Source: Bdellovibrionota bacterium (GTDB lineage Bacteria; Bdellovibrionota; UBA2428). From it: 64,000 bases of DNA. This document shows, piece by piece, positions 10,721 to 20,574 of this stretch; position 1 is the first letter of the stretch, and each line of letters begins with the position of its first letter. The stretch is taken from positions 16,848 to 80,847 of the forward strand of contig DATLIP010000086.1 in assembly GCA_035539375.1 (NCBI GenBank), given 5' to 3'. The notes under the pieces were generated by a model. The model was not told the DNA's origin, ran no database searches, and saw only the letters and a program-made list of their open reading frames with translations. The position numbers and the translations under genes are program-made.

Positions 10721-13201
10721 ATGGCACCTAACCGTGAAATGGATGATATTGTGATACCTGAGTCGCTGCCGATGTTGCCAGTGAGAGACGTGGTGGTCTT
10801 TCCCTATATGATCTTGCCGCTTTTCGTTGGACGAGAAGCCTCGATCAAAGCGGTTAACGAAGCCTTGAGCGGAAATCGTTTGATTTTCCTCTCCAGCCAA
10901 AAAGAGATCCGTGATGATAACCCTGCACCTGAGGGTATCTTCAACGTCGGTACGGTTGCGATGATCCTCCGTATGCGCAAACTCCCCGACGGCCGCGTCA
11001 AGATTTTGGCGCAAGGTATCGCCAAAGCCACCATCGAGCAATACCACGCGGTATCTCCTTACTACCAAGTCAAAGTGAACAAGATCGAAGAACCTACTTT
11101 CGATCCCGCCTCCAACGACCTCCAGATCGTGATCTCCGAAGTGAAGTCCAAGCTCGAGCAAATCATCAACCTCGGTAAAATGCTCTCGCCCGACATCATG
11201 ATGGTGGTCGAAGAACTCGCCGATCCCGGTCGTTTGGCCGACCTCGTTGCTTCGAACCTCGGTCTGCGCGTTGTAGAAGCCCAAAAGATTCTCGAAACCG
11301 TCAATCCTCTCGAGCGTCTCAAGACCGTATCTTCGATCCTCGACAAAGAACTCGAAATCCTCGCCATGCAGGCCAAGAGCCGTCAGACCGGCGGTGGCAA
11401 AGACCAAAATCAGCGAGAGCAGTTCCTCAAAGACCAAATTCGCGCTATCAAAAACGAACTCGGCGACCAAGACCCGCGCGCCGAAGAGATGGCCGAGCTT
11501 CGTACCAAGATCGAAGCCGCCGCGATGACCGACGAAGTGCGTGCCGAAGCCGTGAAACAACTCACGCGCCTCGAGCGCATGCACCCCGACGCTTCCGAAG
11601 CTTCGATCATCCGCACCTACCTCGACTGGCTCTGTGACCTGCCCTGGACGCACGGTTCGCAAGACAAGTTGAACCTCGTGACTGCCAAAGAGATCCTCGA
11701 CGAAGATCACTACGATCTCGAAAAGGTCAAAGAGCGTATCCTCGAGTTCCTCGCGGTTCGCAAACTCAAAAAAGACAACAAAGGCCCGATCATCTGCCTC
11801 AGCGGCCCTCCCGGAGTGGGTAAAACCTCTCTCGGCAAATCCATCGCTCGTTCGATGGGCCGTGAGTTCGTACGCATCTCCCTCGGTGGTGTGCACGACG
11901 AAGCCGAGATTCGCGGTCACCGCCGTACTTACGTCGGCGCTCTGCCCGGTCGTATCATCCAGGCGATCAAGCAATCCGGCACCAACAACCCCGTGATCCT
12001 GCTCGACGAGATCGACAAACTGGGTCGCGACTACAAAGGTGACCCTTCGAGCGCGCTGCTCGAAGTGCTCGATCCGGAACAGAACAATGGCTTCCGCGAT
12101 CACTACCTGAACCTGCCCTTCGACCTTTCGAACGTGCTTTTCATGTGTACCGCGAACGTTCTGGATACCATCCCCGCGCCGCTTCGCGACCGTATGGAAG
12201 TGATCCAGATCCCCGGTTACTCCGAAGAAGACAAAGTGAAAATTGCTCGCCGCTACCTGATCGACAAGCAAGTCAGAGAAAACGGCATCCCGAACGCCTC
12301 GATCGAGTTCACCGAAGAAGGTCTTGCTAAGATCATCGCCGAGTACACTCGCGAAGCTGGTCTGCGTAACTTTGAACGTCTCATCGGCACTTGCGCTCGC
12401 AAAGTAGCGCACGAATACGCCACTTGGGATGGCGCCGCGGAGTTCCCGCGCGTGTCGATCACCGAGAAGAAAGTTGAAGAGTTCCTCGGACCTCCTCGCT
12501 ACCTGCGCCAAGATGTTCGCGAAGAAGACGAAGTGGGCGTATGCAATGGCCTCGCCTGGACCCAAATGGGCGGCGAAGTGCTCGAAGTTGAAGCCACCTT
12601 CATGCCAGGCAAAGGCGGCGTACAAGCCACCGGTTCGCTCGGCGACGTGATGAAAGAGTCCTGCCAAACCGCGTGGTCTTGGATCCGCGCCAACGCTAAG
12701 GAACTCAATATCGACGCTTCTTGGTTCACCAAGAACGAAGTGCATATACATTTTCCTTCGGGTGCGGTACCTAAAGACGGTCCTTCAGCAGGCATCACGA
12801 TCACCACAGCGATCGTGTCGCTCATCACGAACATCCCCGTGCGTCGCGATGTCGCGATGACCGGCGAGATCTCGCTGCGCGGCAAAGTGCTTCCGATCGG
12901 TGGCCTCAAAGAGAAATCTCTCGCGGCTCTGCGCCACGGCGCAACCACAGTGATCATCTCCCACCGCAACACCAAAGATCTCGCCGAGATTTCGGATGAG
13001 TATCTGAAGAAGATGAACTTCGTATCGTGCCGCGAAGTGCGCGAGGTGCTCGAAACTGCTCTCGTTCGCTCGCCCTTCGGTACTAAGAAACTCAAGTCGA
13101 CAGGCACCGGCGGTCGTGGCGGCGGCAACTATTCTAAAGAGCCCACCGCAGCAGCCAAGCGTATCGGCGTCGATGCCGACACGCTCGACGAAGCAGCATA
13201 A
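10721..13201 (+). CDS. lon: ATP-dependent Lon protease
   Basis: 826 aa. LON N-domain (LPMLPVRDVVVFPYMILPLFVGRE), Walker A GPPGVGKTS, and catalytic PKDGPSAG with the downstream Lys region. Confidence 0.98.
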   Translation: MAPNREMDDIVIPESLPMLPVRDVVVFPYMILPLFVGREASIKAVNEALSGNRLIFLSSQKEIRDDNPAPEGIFNVGTVAMILRMRKLPDGRVKILAQGIAKATIEQYHAVSPYYQVKVNKIEEPTFDPASNDLQIVISEVKSKLEQIINLGKMLSPDIMMVVEELADPGRLADLVASNLGLRVVEAQKILETVNPLERLKTVSSILDKELEILAMQAKSRQTGGGKDQNQREQFLKDQIRAIKNELGDQDPRAEEMAELRTKIEAAAMTDEVRAEAVKQLTRLERMHPDASEASIIRTYLDWLCDLPWTHGSQDKLNLVTAKEILDEDHYDLEKVKERILEFLAVRKLKKDNKGPIICLSGPPGVGKTSLGKSIARSMGREFVRISLGGVHDEAEIRGHRRTYVGALPGRIIQAIKQSGTNNPVILLDEIDKLGRDYKGDPSSALLEVLDPEQNNGFRDHYLNLPFDLSNVLFMCTANVLDTIPAPLRDRMEVIQIPGYSEEDKVKIARRYLIDKQVRENGIPNASIEFTEEGLAKIIAEYTREAGLRNFERLIGTCARKVAHEYATWDGAAEFPRVSITEKKVEEFLGPPRYLRQDVREEDEVGVCNGLAWTQMGGEVLEVEATFMPGKGGVQATGSLGDVMKESCQTAWSWIRANAKELNIDASWFTKNEVHIHFPSGAVPKDGPSAGITITTAIVSLITNIPVRRDVAMTGEISLRGKVLPIGGLKEKSLAALRHGATTVIISHRNTKDLAEISDEYLKKMNFVSCREVREVLETALVRSPFGTKKLKSTGTGGRGGGNYSKEPTAAAKRIGVDADTLDEAA

Positions 13202-13220
13202 CCAAGAGTCCATTCATCCA

Positions 13221-13263
13221 AAACGCTCCGGCCCTTTGTAGGGGGGCCGGAGCGTTTTTTTTT
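13221..13263 (+). terminator. Rho-independent terminator after lon
   Basis: aaacgctccggcc / ggccggagcgttt forms the stem around the loop ctttgtagggg, followed by a run of about 10 T. Confidence 0.8.
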
Positions 13264-13314
13264 GCCCGCCCGGGGCGTTAAGAGGAGCGGTCGAAATACC
13301 GATAATTTCTTGCG

Positions 13315-15714
13315 ATGTTGAGGCTCTTTTTTTCATTCTTAATCGCGCTGGTCTTTTCGGTCGACGCGCGCGCCGAGTCGATCATAAAAGTTGTCATCAA
13401 CGGCCAAGAAATGGAACTCGATGAGAGTGCCGCTAAGAGCTTTGACTACGACGATAGCGCTCACCCGATGCGTCTCTACGTTCGCGATCAATCGAACCTC
13501 GTCGGTGTTGACGGCAAGGAAATTCCGCCCGGCACCTTGGCCCTCACATGGTCCGAATCCTTTAAAGCGACGTTTCGTAAAAACTCGCGTCCCTATAATC
13601 CGGCTCGCCTCGATGTTGTAGCGTTTAAATTCGGTGGTGAAAAAATCCTCATTGATGCAAGCCATCTGTCGAAGATCCGCTACGCGGATCTCGGCGAAGG
13701 CAAACCACTTAAGATTGTTGTGCCCGCAAGCGTGAACTTTGTCGACTCCAAGCAGCAGCCCATCGCCACGCGTGAAGGTGAAACCTACCGTACGAACGAA
13801 GTTTTCAAAGCTCAATTCAAGCTAGTGGCCAAGCCTCTCGAAGAGGGCACGCTCGTCGTTCCGGCCGTGGCTCCGCGGGCCACCTTGGTGGATGAAGTCG
13901 AACCCCCGCAAGCAATTCCCGTAGAGCACGACGATGAAACCCCCGCGCCACCGATCGTCGTGGGCCCTAACGTGCGAGTGAACAAAGATTTCTACGAAGC
14001 CTTCAATTACACCCGTACGGTTAAGCTAAAGAACGTTCACGGATTCAACGAAGATTCCGAGTATTGGGTGAAGGGCGAAGATGCCGTCAACGGTATGTAC
14101 TTTTTACAGGAGATTCCCAACGGAAAACTTCAGAGCCTCCCCCGCAGCATTGCAATCAATAAAGTGCACATGGTGCCTTACGAACACATGAGTCGAGTGA
14201 CCGTGTCCCTTAAAACAAAAGACCACGAGATTGCCCCCGGCACCGTGATCAAAGAGGTCGACCACTCCAGCTCCCAAGTGAGATTTAAAATTGTCGGCGA
14301 TCCCACAGAGACGCTCTTTAGCGTCTCGCGTGAAGCCTATCTCAAGAGCGTCAAGTCCGACATCGACATGAAGCGAGCGCAGGCTCAGGCGAAGCGCCTG
14401 GGTGGCTCGGTGACGCCCGGATTCGACGAATACACGGTGACGGCACTCGGTGGGGCCCTCTCGCTTCCATCCTCCCTGAGTGATGAGACCAAGAGCGATC
14501 CTCGCACGAGCGTGGCGGCGGGTGAAGTGATCGAGATCCTAGGTGAGGGTGCAGGTGCTGATAAAAACATGTACATCGCTCGTCGCAAGGGACATCCGGA
14601 AACGATTTTCTACATCCCCGAAGATCAGTTGACCGACAGCCAGATGTTTCAGTCACGGCAGGCTCAACTGAGCGATGCCACTTTAGAGAGCTCAGGACAT
14701 GTGACAAACTTGAACCCTGCTAAGCGTTCGGCCATCGATGAATCTTTCGACGAGACGACTCAGACCTACCATCATCGCAATTCTCGCGCCAAGACAGGTT
14801 TCCTCGGCGATGCCTCGGCGTTCACGCTGTCGTCTCCGCCCTGCCAACCTTTTTCGAATTACTCTCCGAAACAGCTCAGCTCTTGGGCCTCAACGCGTAA
14901 GTATTACCGCTCTGCGATCATCGCAGCTGCCAATGAGCACAGCATCGACCCCGCCATCTTGGAAACGAGCATCCAAATTGAGACGGATTTCGGCGACAAC
15001 GTCGAAAACGAAACGGAAATCGAAGAGATCATTGCCCAGCTCAAAGCAGAAGAAGTCCAAAAAAAATTGGCCAACCCCAAATACCAAAAGCAGGTGATCA
15101 CGCGGGCTTCGGCTAAGGCTTATGCCATCGCGAACAATTTAGAGCAGTGGGGGCGCGGCCCCGCTCAAATTGGACCCGCTTGCGCAAAACGACTTGGTCT
15201 TGAGTGGGACGTTGATAAGCCAGAACCTTTTCCACCGGTGCCCGAATCCTACCGAGCGGCGCACCCCAATTCGGTTTATATTCCCGAAGTGGCGCTCGAC
15301 GCGCAGGCACAGCTTTTTAAAGAAGAAATGCAAAAAGCCCGTAGCTTCACAGATTCCAAAGGCAAAACTTGGGATTTGCGTAAGCAGCTTTTTGGTCGAG
15401 GCTCGGCAGAAACGGCTCGCAACTTGCTCGCGATGTGGAACCGCGGGGAGCCACGCGTGATGGACTCTTACCGCGCTTACATCGAAAAAAATCGCAAGAT
15501 GCCCGATCATTTCGGCCAGGTTTGGTCGGCACGTCCGTACATGCAATACGATCGCGTGCTCTACGGGCAAAAAATCAACCGCCGGCACGTTTACTATGTG
15601 GCCGGTCTCTGCGGCGATGCAGATCGCGACAGTCTGCTCGCACGCTTTAGCCGCGAATACGGCTACGACAATGGCAAGTGGACGACAGCCGTGAATTCCA
15701 AAGGGGCGCGCTAA
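13315..15714 (+). CDS. Secreted 799-aa protein with C-terminal lytic-transglycosylase (SLT)-like domain; N-terminal ~500 aa unknown
   Basis: Signal peptide MLRLFFSFLIALVFSVDARA. C-terminal motifs AANEHSIDPAILETSIQIETDFG, GRGPAQIGP and LLAMWNRG resemble the SLT family-1 motifs (ES..., GLMQI, AYNAG). An acidic insert separates the first two. Confidence 0.55.
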   Translation: MLRLFFSFLIALVFSVDARAESIIKVVINGQEMELDESAAKSFDYDDSAHPMRLYVRDQSNLVGVDGKEIPPGTLALTWSESFKATFRKNSRPYNPARLDVVAFKFGGEKILIDASHLSKIRYADLGEGKPLKIVVPASVNFVDSKQQPIATREGETYRTNEVFKAQFKLVAKPLEEGTLVVPAVAPRATLVDEVEPPQAIPVEHDDETPAPPIVVGPNVRVNKDFYEAFNYTRTVKLKNVHGFNEDSEYWVKGEDAVNGMYFLQEIPNGKLQSLPRSIAINKVHMVPYEHMSRVTVSLKTKDHEIAPGTVIKEVDHSSSQVRFKIVGDPTETLFSVSREAYLKSVKSDIDMKRAQAQAKRLGGSVTPGFDEYTVTALGGALSLPSSLSDETKSDPRTSVAAGEVIEILGEGAGADKNMYIARRKGHPETIFYIPEDQLTDSQMFQSRQAQLSDATLESSGHVTNLNPAKRSAIDESFDETTQTYHHRNSRAKTGFLGDASAFTLSSPPCQPFSNYSPKQLSSWASTRKYYRSAIIAAANEHSIDPAILETSIQIETDFGDNVENETEIEEIIAQLKAEEVQKKLANPKYQKQVITRASAKAYAIANNLEQWGRGPAQIGPACAKRLGLEWDVDKPEPFPPVPESYRAAHPNSVYIPEVALDAQAQLFKEEMQKARSFTDSKGKTWDLRKQLFGRGSAETARNLLAMWNRGEPRVMDSYRAYIEKNRKMPDHFGQVWSARPYMQYDRVLYGQKINRRHVYYVAGLCGDADRDSLLARFSREYGYDNGKWTTAVNSKGAR

Positions 15715-16328
15715 TGTTGAAACGATTCGTATTATTCGTAGGACTTGCTTTGGTGTCGATGGCTCACGCCCAAGAGGGCGTCGAGACGTCCGAGGTGGCT
15801 CTGCGCACCTTCACCCGTGCGCTGGATAATGTGCAGCATCCGGGTGAGCTCGAAATGCTTGTGCTCGATATGGAAGACGTCTTCGGACGCCGTCCCGTTT
15901 GGACACTCTCGTTTTTGTCTGAGATTTACCAAATGGCCCTGCGGCGAACCAAAGTGCCAACGGAGATCAAGTTCTTCGGTCAACGCCTTGCGGGCGCTAA
16001 GAGTGAAGACCTCAAGCTTAGCGACACGGCGGCCATGCTAGCGCGCCTTCAAGTGCTAGAGGCCGAAAAGGCTCGAACACCCGGAGGTCCTTACACGCAG
16101 GTCGACTCGCAGCTGAAGATGATCTTTCTCGCAGCAGGTCGCGCCTACGTCCAGTCCGGCAACCGCGCCATCGACAACTTGTACGTGCAGGGACTCGCTC
16201 AGCACATCTCGCTGCGCGGTGGAAAGCCCTTTTTCGAGGCCTACCTCGCTCGTGCTCCCAAGCAGGGCGCCCGTACGAAGGACGCCCTGCGCCGCTTGGC
16301 CGACGTGATCCAGGCCGAAAATCATTAG
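15714..16328 (+). CDS. Secreted helical protein of unknown function, translationally coupled to the SLT-like gene
   Basis: ORF 15678-16328 trimmed to ATG 15714, which overlaps the upstream stop (TAATG). Signal peptide MLKRFVLFVGLALVSMAHA. Confidence 0.6.
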   Translation: MLKRFVLFVGLALVSMAHAQEGVETSEVALRTFTRALDNVQHPGELEMLVLDMEDVFGRRPVWTLSFLSEIYQMALRRTKVPTEIKFFGQRLAGAKSEDLKLSDTAAMLARLQVLEAEKARTPGGPYTQVDSQLKMIFLAAGRAYVQSGNRAIDNLYVQGLAQHISLRGGKPFFEAYLARAPKQGARTKDALRRLADVIQAENH

Positions 16329-16418
16329 GCATTTACCTAATTCAATCTTAGATGTTAGCGGAATATACTTAAACCACGCTCGGGCGTAATTCTGATTCCA
16401 CAGAGGAGATCAGAAACC

Positions 16419-16808
16419 ATGAGTTGGTATCACGCCCACATTTACTTCAACACCGATGACGACAGTGTCCGCCGCGCCGAAGACCTTTGGCGAAAGCTGG
16501 GGCTCGCGGAGCGTTATCCGCTGGAGTACCGGGGCGAGATCGAGCGCCGCATCGTGGGGCCGCATCCGCTGCCGCAATTCGAAGTGCATTTTCGCGAGAA
16601 GCATCTTTGGGATATCTTGCCCAAGCTGCATGGCGATCGCGACGGGCTGAGCATTTTGGTGCATCCGGTAACACCGAACGATCACGAAGATCATTTTACG
16701 AGCGCGATTTGGCTCGGCGAACCTTTTCGCCTTGACGCCACAAAGCTCGATCCGCCGGGCATGAACAAGGCGTTCTTCCGGCTCGGTAAAGAACAGTTCT
16801 CACACTAA
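16419..16808 (+). CDS. DOPA 4,5-dioxygenase family protein (DOPA_dioxygen/DUF1368-like)
   Basis: MSWYHAHIYFNTDD...VGPHPLPQFEVHF...LSILVHPVT..DHEDHF..AIWLG matches the conserved pattern of this small family. Confidence 0.7.
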   Translation: MSWYHAHIYFNTDDDSVRRAEDLWRKLGLAERYPLEYRGEIERRIVGPHPLPQFEVHFREKHLWDILPKLHGDRDGLSILVHPVTPNDHEDHFTSAIWLGEPFRLDATKLDPPGMNKAFFRLGKEQFSH

Positions 16809-16831
16809 AAAATCTCAAAGGAGGAGATGTT

Positions 16832-17329
16832 ATGAAACACCCATTAATCAAAGTCACCATGGTCCTAGGGATGGTCGCGGGGGCCAGCGCCCACGCCGCT
16901 CACGACGGAGGCTGCAGTCTTTCCGGTGCCGGGAACGAAGCCCGTGACGTGTGCATCATTACGGGACCTTTCGCCAAGCAGGAAATCGAACTGCATTACG
17001 GAAGCCTTTCAACCGAGGCTCTCATCGTGGAGGTGGTACGTGCGCCGGTGACGGTGCACAAGTTCATCGCACTCGCGACGGAGCTCAAGGTCGAAATCCA
17101 ATCGGAGAATGGCATCGACGGATTTGTGGAGCTTCTGCCGATCGTGAAAAAAGATCGCCTCGTCTACAGTCTCGATGATCTGCACCTTGCGCCAACTTTC
17201 ATTACCATGGTGCGCATCAGTGTGCGAAATCCTGAGGTCGCGTATTCGCTGCAGACGCTCGTGCATCAGATCTTCGGTCGCGAGGCCTTCGCCCTCGTGC
17301 TGAACAAACCGCGCGGAGAACAAGAATAA
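16832..17329 (+). CDS. Secreted two-Cys protein, paralog A (unknown family)
   Basis: SD aaaggagg sits upstream and a signal peptide is present. It shares LHYGS..TEA..EV.R, KVE, F.EL, RIS.R and IFG.EAF.LVL blocks with the next ORF. Confidence 0.7.
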   Translation: MKHPLIKVTMVLGMVAGASAHAAHDGGCSLSGAGNEARDVCIITGPFAKQEIELHYGSLSTEALIVEVVRAPVTVHKFIALATELKVEIQSENGIDGFVELLPIVKKDRLVYSLDDLHLAPTFITMVRISVRNPEVAYSLQTLVHQIFGREAFALVLNKPRGEQE

Positions 17330-17355
17330 GTCCCAAAAGTAGGAGGAGAAAAATC

Positions 17356-17865
17356 ATGAAAACCAAATTACTCACCATCGCCATGTTAACGTCCCTGACC
17401 GCCGTCGCCGCCCCCGTAGAAGCCAAGTTCAAAGACTGTGAGCTCGTGGGCACTACGGGAGATCTCTCGCGCACGATCTGCGGACTCGATGGCTACGACA
17501 ATGCGTACGACTTCAGCCTGCACTACGGCAGCATCTTTACCGAAGCGGTAGAAATTGAAGTGGCACGCGTCGCCCCCGATCCCGCCAAGCTCGAGGAGCT
17601 TCGTTCGCGAATCAAGGTCGAGCTCGAGGTCAACGCTTCCGATTCGCCGGATCGCTTTATGGAACTGCCCTCGCAAGTGGTCGCGAACCAAATCAACTTT
17701 CCGATCTTAGACAAAAGCGTTTCGTCGCGATTCATGTCGGTGCTCAGGATCTCTTTGCGGGACGAGCGCGATGGCAGTTTGCAAGCGCTCATATCGGAGA
17801 TTTTCGGCAACGAAGCTTTCGGGCTCGTACTGGTTCGTCGCCGGGCCGAGCGTGATCAGCCCTAG
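17356..17865 (+). CDS. Secreted two-Cys protein, paralog B (unknown family)
   Basis: SD taggaggag sits upstream. Signal peptide MKTKLLTIAMLTSLTAVAAPVEA. By eye about 35-40% identical to paralog A over the whole length. Confidence 0.7.
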   Translation: MKTKLLTIAMLTSLTAVAAPVEAKFKDCELVGTTGDLSRTICGLDGYDNAYDFSLHYGSIFTEAVEIEVARVAPDPAKLEELRSRIKVELEVNASDSPDRFMELPSQVVANQINFPILDKSVSSRFMSVLRISLRDERDGSLQALISEIFGNEAFGLVLVRRRAERDQP

Positions 17866-18845
17866 AGTACGGATTTTAGCCAGCGGTGCATTTCCGCCAG
17901 GCCTTCGCGCAGCTCGACTTTCGGCGCCCAGCCAAGAAGTTTCTTGGCTTTGCCGATGTCGGGCTGTCGTTGTTTGGGGTCGTCCACTGGCATGGGACGG
18001 TATTCGAAGTTACACGAGTAGCTCGCATCGAGCGACTTCACCACGTCGGCGAGCTCTAGCATGTTGAACTCTTTGGGGTTCCCTAGGTTCACGGGTTCGG
18101 CAAGGTCCGAAGTGGCATAGGCCAGGAATCCTGCGATCATGTCGCTCACAAAGCAAAAGCTGCGCGTCTGTTTTCCGTCGCCGTAAATGGTGATTGGTGC
18201 TTTCTCCACAAGTTGTTTGAGAAAGTTGATCACCACGCGACCGTCGCTCGGGTTCATGCGTGGTCCGTAAGTGTTGAAAATTCGCACGAGCCCGTGGCGC
18301 GTGCCGTGCACTTGGTTCCACGAATAGACAAGCGCTTCGCCGAAACGTTTGGCTTCGTCGTAGCAGGCGCGTGGTCCAAAGGAATTCACGTTGCCCCAAT
18401 AGTGCTCGGGCTGAGGGTGCACAGCGGCATCGCCGTAAACTTCCGAAGTCGAGGCGAAGATCACGCGCGCGCCGCGGGGAGTGGCGTACATAAGTGCCTC
18501 TTTGAGTCCGGTGGTGTTCACGCGCAGAGTTTCCAGAGGCATCTGCTGGTATAGGGGAGGCGAGGCGGGCGAGGCCAAGTGGAAAACCCATGTCAGATCT
18601 TTCACGTCACCCAAAAGCTCGGGCCAAGGCTTGGTGCAATCGTCCTCGATAAAACGAAGGCGCTCGGCACTTCCCGGAAGTGATTTTAAATATTTGAGGT
18701 TATTGCGATCGCCGGTGCAAAAATTATCGATTGCGACAACCGAATGGCCCAAAGATAAGAGTTTTTCGACGAGGTGGGAGCCTAAAAAACCCCCACCGCC
18801 GGTCACGATCACAGAGCAATTCTTCACCCTCTCTGATATAACCAA
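17862..18845 (-). CDS. UDP-glucuronate decarboxylase (UXS-type NAD-dependent epimerase/dehydratase)
   Basis: VTGGGGFLGSHLVEKLL Rossmann motif, DNFCTGDRNNL, and YDEAKRFGE (YxxxK). Confidence 0.85.
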   Translation of the reverse strand: MVISERVKNCSVIVTGGGGFLGSHLVEKLLSLGHSVVAIDNFCTGDRNNLKYLKSLPGSAERLRFIEDDCTKPWPELLGDVKDLTWVFHLASPASPPLYQQMPLETLRVNTTGLKEALMYATPRGARVIFASTSEVYGDAAVHPQPEHYWGNVNSFGPRACYDEAKRFGEALVYSWNQVHGTRHGLVRIFNTYGPRMNPSDGRVVINFLKQLVEKAPITIYGDGKQTRSFCFVSDMIAGFLAYATSDLAEPVNLGNPKEFNMLELADVVKSLDASYSCNFEYRPMPVDDPKQRQPDIGKAKKLLGWAPKVELREGLAEMHRWLKSVL

Positions 18846-18850
18846 GCCGA

Positions 18851-19855
18851 GTGAAGGTGTCCAAGGGTCTTATTTTGCAAATCGTGAAGCTGGGGCTCGC
18901 CCTCGGCATCGTGTTTTACCTTTTCCGCTCCGGGCGCCTCTCGCTCGACCACGTTTCCCAGTTCCTCTCCAAACCGACGTATTTTGCGGGCGCCCTGGGA
19001 CTCATGGCCTTCTTTTACGTGGCGAACTTCTACCGCTGGAAGCTGATCCTCTCGCTTGTCGAAATTGACATCAGCTTTGCCCTTTCGACCCGTCTCTCGA
19101 TGCTCGGACAATTTTTTTCGACCTTCATGCCTGGCGCCGTGGGCGGAGACCTGGTGAAGGCCGTGTATGTGGCGCGCCGCTATCCCACGCGCCGCACGCA
19201 GACGGTGATGACGGTGCTGCTCGACCGCCTGATCGGACTCTTCGCCCTGGTTTGCTGGGGAGCGCTAGGATTCTTCTTGGGCCGGGATCACTTCGAAGCG
19301 TCCACCCACGCGCTCAAGCCCCTCGCGCAACTCGCGGGCTGGGGTCTGGTGGCTGTGGCCCTCGTCGGACTCGTGGCGTTTTTGTGGATCACGCTGCTAC
19401 CCAAGGGCATTCCGCAAAGCCCGCCTTCATTTTTGAATCGACTGCCGATGGCTCGTCGCTGGAACTCGCTCTACGAACTCGTGCTCTCCTTTCAGCGTTA
19501 TCCCGCTAAGGCTTGGGGCGCCCTGGCGCTTGCGCTCATGGTGCAAGCCGTGAACCTGGGTGTGCTCGTGGTCATCGCCTTTGCCCTCTTCGGCGCGCCT
19601 CCATGGGGCCTCGTGCATATCGACACCTTCGTTGCCGCCTCGTGTTTGGGCCTCTGCTTTATGGCACTGCCGCTGGCGCCACTTGGGCTCGGTGTGGGAC
19701 AGGCGGCCTTCGCCACGATGTTCTCCATTCTTGGCGTGGCGGATCCGGCTTTCGGCGCTTCGATCGTTACCGGTTATCAGCTGCTCTCGCTGCTCCTGAA
19801 CCTTTCGGGGCTTTATTTTTATGTCAGCTACAAGCACGAGGTGGAGGCGGTATGA
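18851..19855 (+). CDS. UPF0104 / lysylphosphatidylglycerol-synthase-TM-like (flippase-like) membrane protein
   Basis: 334 aa and polytopic. The N-terminus KGLILQIVKLGLALGIVFYLFRSGRL and the GGDLVKAVY motif are typical of this family. Confidence 0.55.
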   Translation: MKVSKGLILQIVKLGLALGIVFYLFRSGRLSLDHVSQFLSKPTYFAGALGLMAFFYVANFYRWKLILSLVEIDISFALSTRLSMLGQFFSTFMPGAVGGDLVKAVYVARRYPTRRTQTVMTVLLDRLIGLFALVCWGALGFFLGRDHFEASTHALKPLAQLAGWGLVAVALVGLVAFLWITLLPKGIPQSPPSFLNRLPMARRWNSLYELVLSFQRYPAKAWGALALALMVQAVNLGVLVVIAFALFGAPPWGLVHIDTFVAASCLGLCFMALPLAPLGLGVGQAAFATMFSILGVADPAFGASIVTGYQLLSLLLNLSGLYFYVSYKHEVEAV

Positions 19856-20571
19856 GCCTCAAGGGCCCCGAGCTCAAAGATCACGCCATCGTCCTCTCGC
19901 TCGCTCCCTACCAAGAAAAGCATCTCATCGTTCAGCTCTACACGTTGAAGCACGGCAAGATCTCGGCCATCGCGATGAACGCGCGCAATTCGCAAAAGCG
20001 TTTCGGCGGCTCGCTGCAGGTGGGGCACTATGTGATGGCCAATTTGCATCGCAGCAACTCACCCGAGGGCTCGCGCCTGTGGCGACTCGATTCGGTAGAC
20101 CTGCGCGATTCTTTTGCCCACTTGCGCGCTTCTTTTGAGGCTATCGACGCGATGAGCTTTTATCTGTCGCTGGTGCGCGACTTGAGTCCCGAATCCCATG
20201 TGGACGAGGCGATCTTTGTGAGTCTTGGGCGCGTGCTGCGCGATTCGGTGAATCTCGATTTTTCTCGCCACGCGATGTGGTCCAAGATGGCGTTGTGGTC
20301 GTGGTGGTCGCACCATCACGGTTTCGGCGACATGACCTCGGCTTTCGAACGCGACTTGCGCGAGCACGATCTCGAGGGCGTGTGGCACCAGATTCTCGCT
20401 CAGGACCAGCCCCAGTGGACGGGCCTCTTTGAAGTCTTTCGCGTAGCCCTCAGTGAGGACCTCAAGTCCGATGTCGAAAAGCGCATGTATGTCGATTGGA
20501 TCAACGCCAGCGGGCTCGTGTGGTCGCACTTTGAGGCCTTGCACGAAGCGGCCCAACGGGAGTACCGTTAA
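19852..20571 (+). CDS. recO: DNA repair protein RecO
   Basis: ORF 19513-20571 trimmed to ATG 19852, which forms an ATGA overlap with the upstream stop. MSLKGPELKDHAIVLSLAPYQEKHLIVQLYTLKHGKISAIA is a RecO OB-fold N-terminus. Confidence 0.75.
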   Translation: MSLKGPELKDHAIVLSLAPYQEKHLIVQLYTLKHGKISAIAMNARNSQKRFGGSLQVGHYVMANLHRSNSPEGSRLWRLDSVDLRDSFAHLRASFEAIDAMSFYLSLVRDLSPESHVDEAIFVSLGRVLRDSVNLDFSRHAMWSKMALWSWWSHHHGFGDMTSAFERDLREHDLEGVWHQILAQDQPQWTGLFEVFRVALSEDLKSDVEKRMYVDWINASGLVWSHFEALHEAAQREYR

Positions 20572-20574
20572 GGT

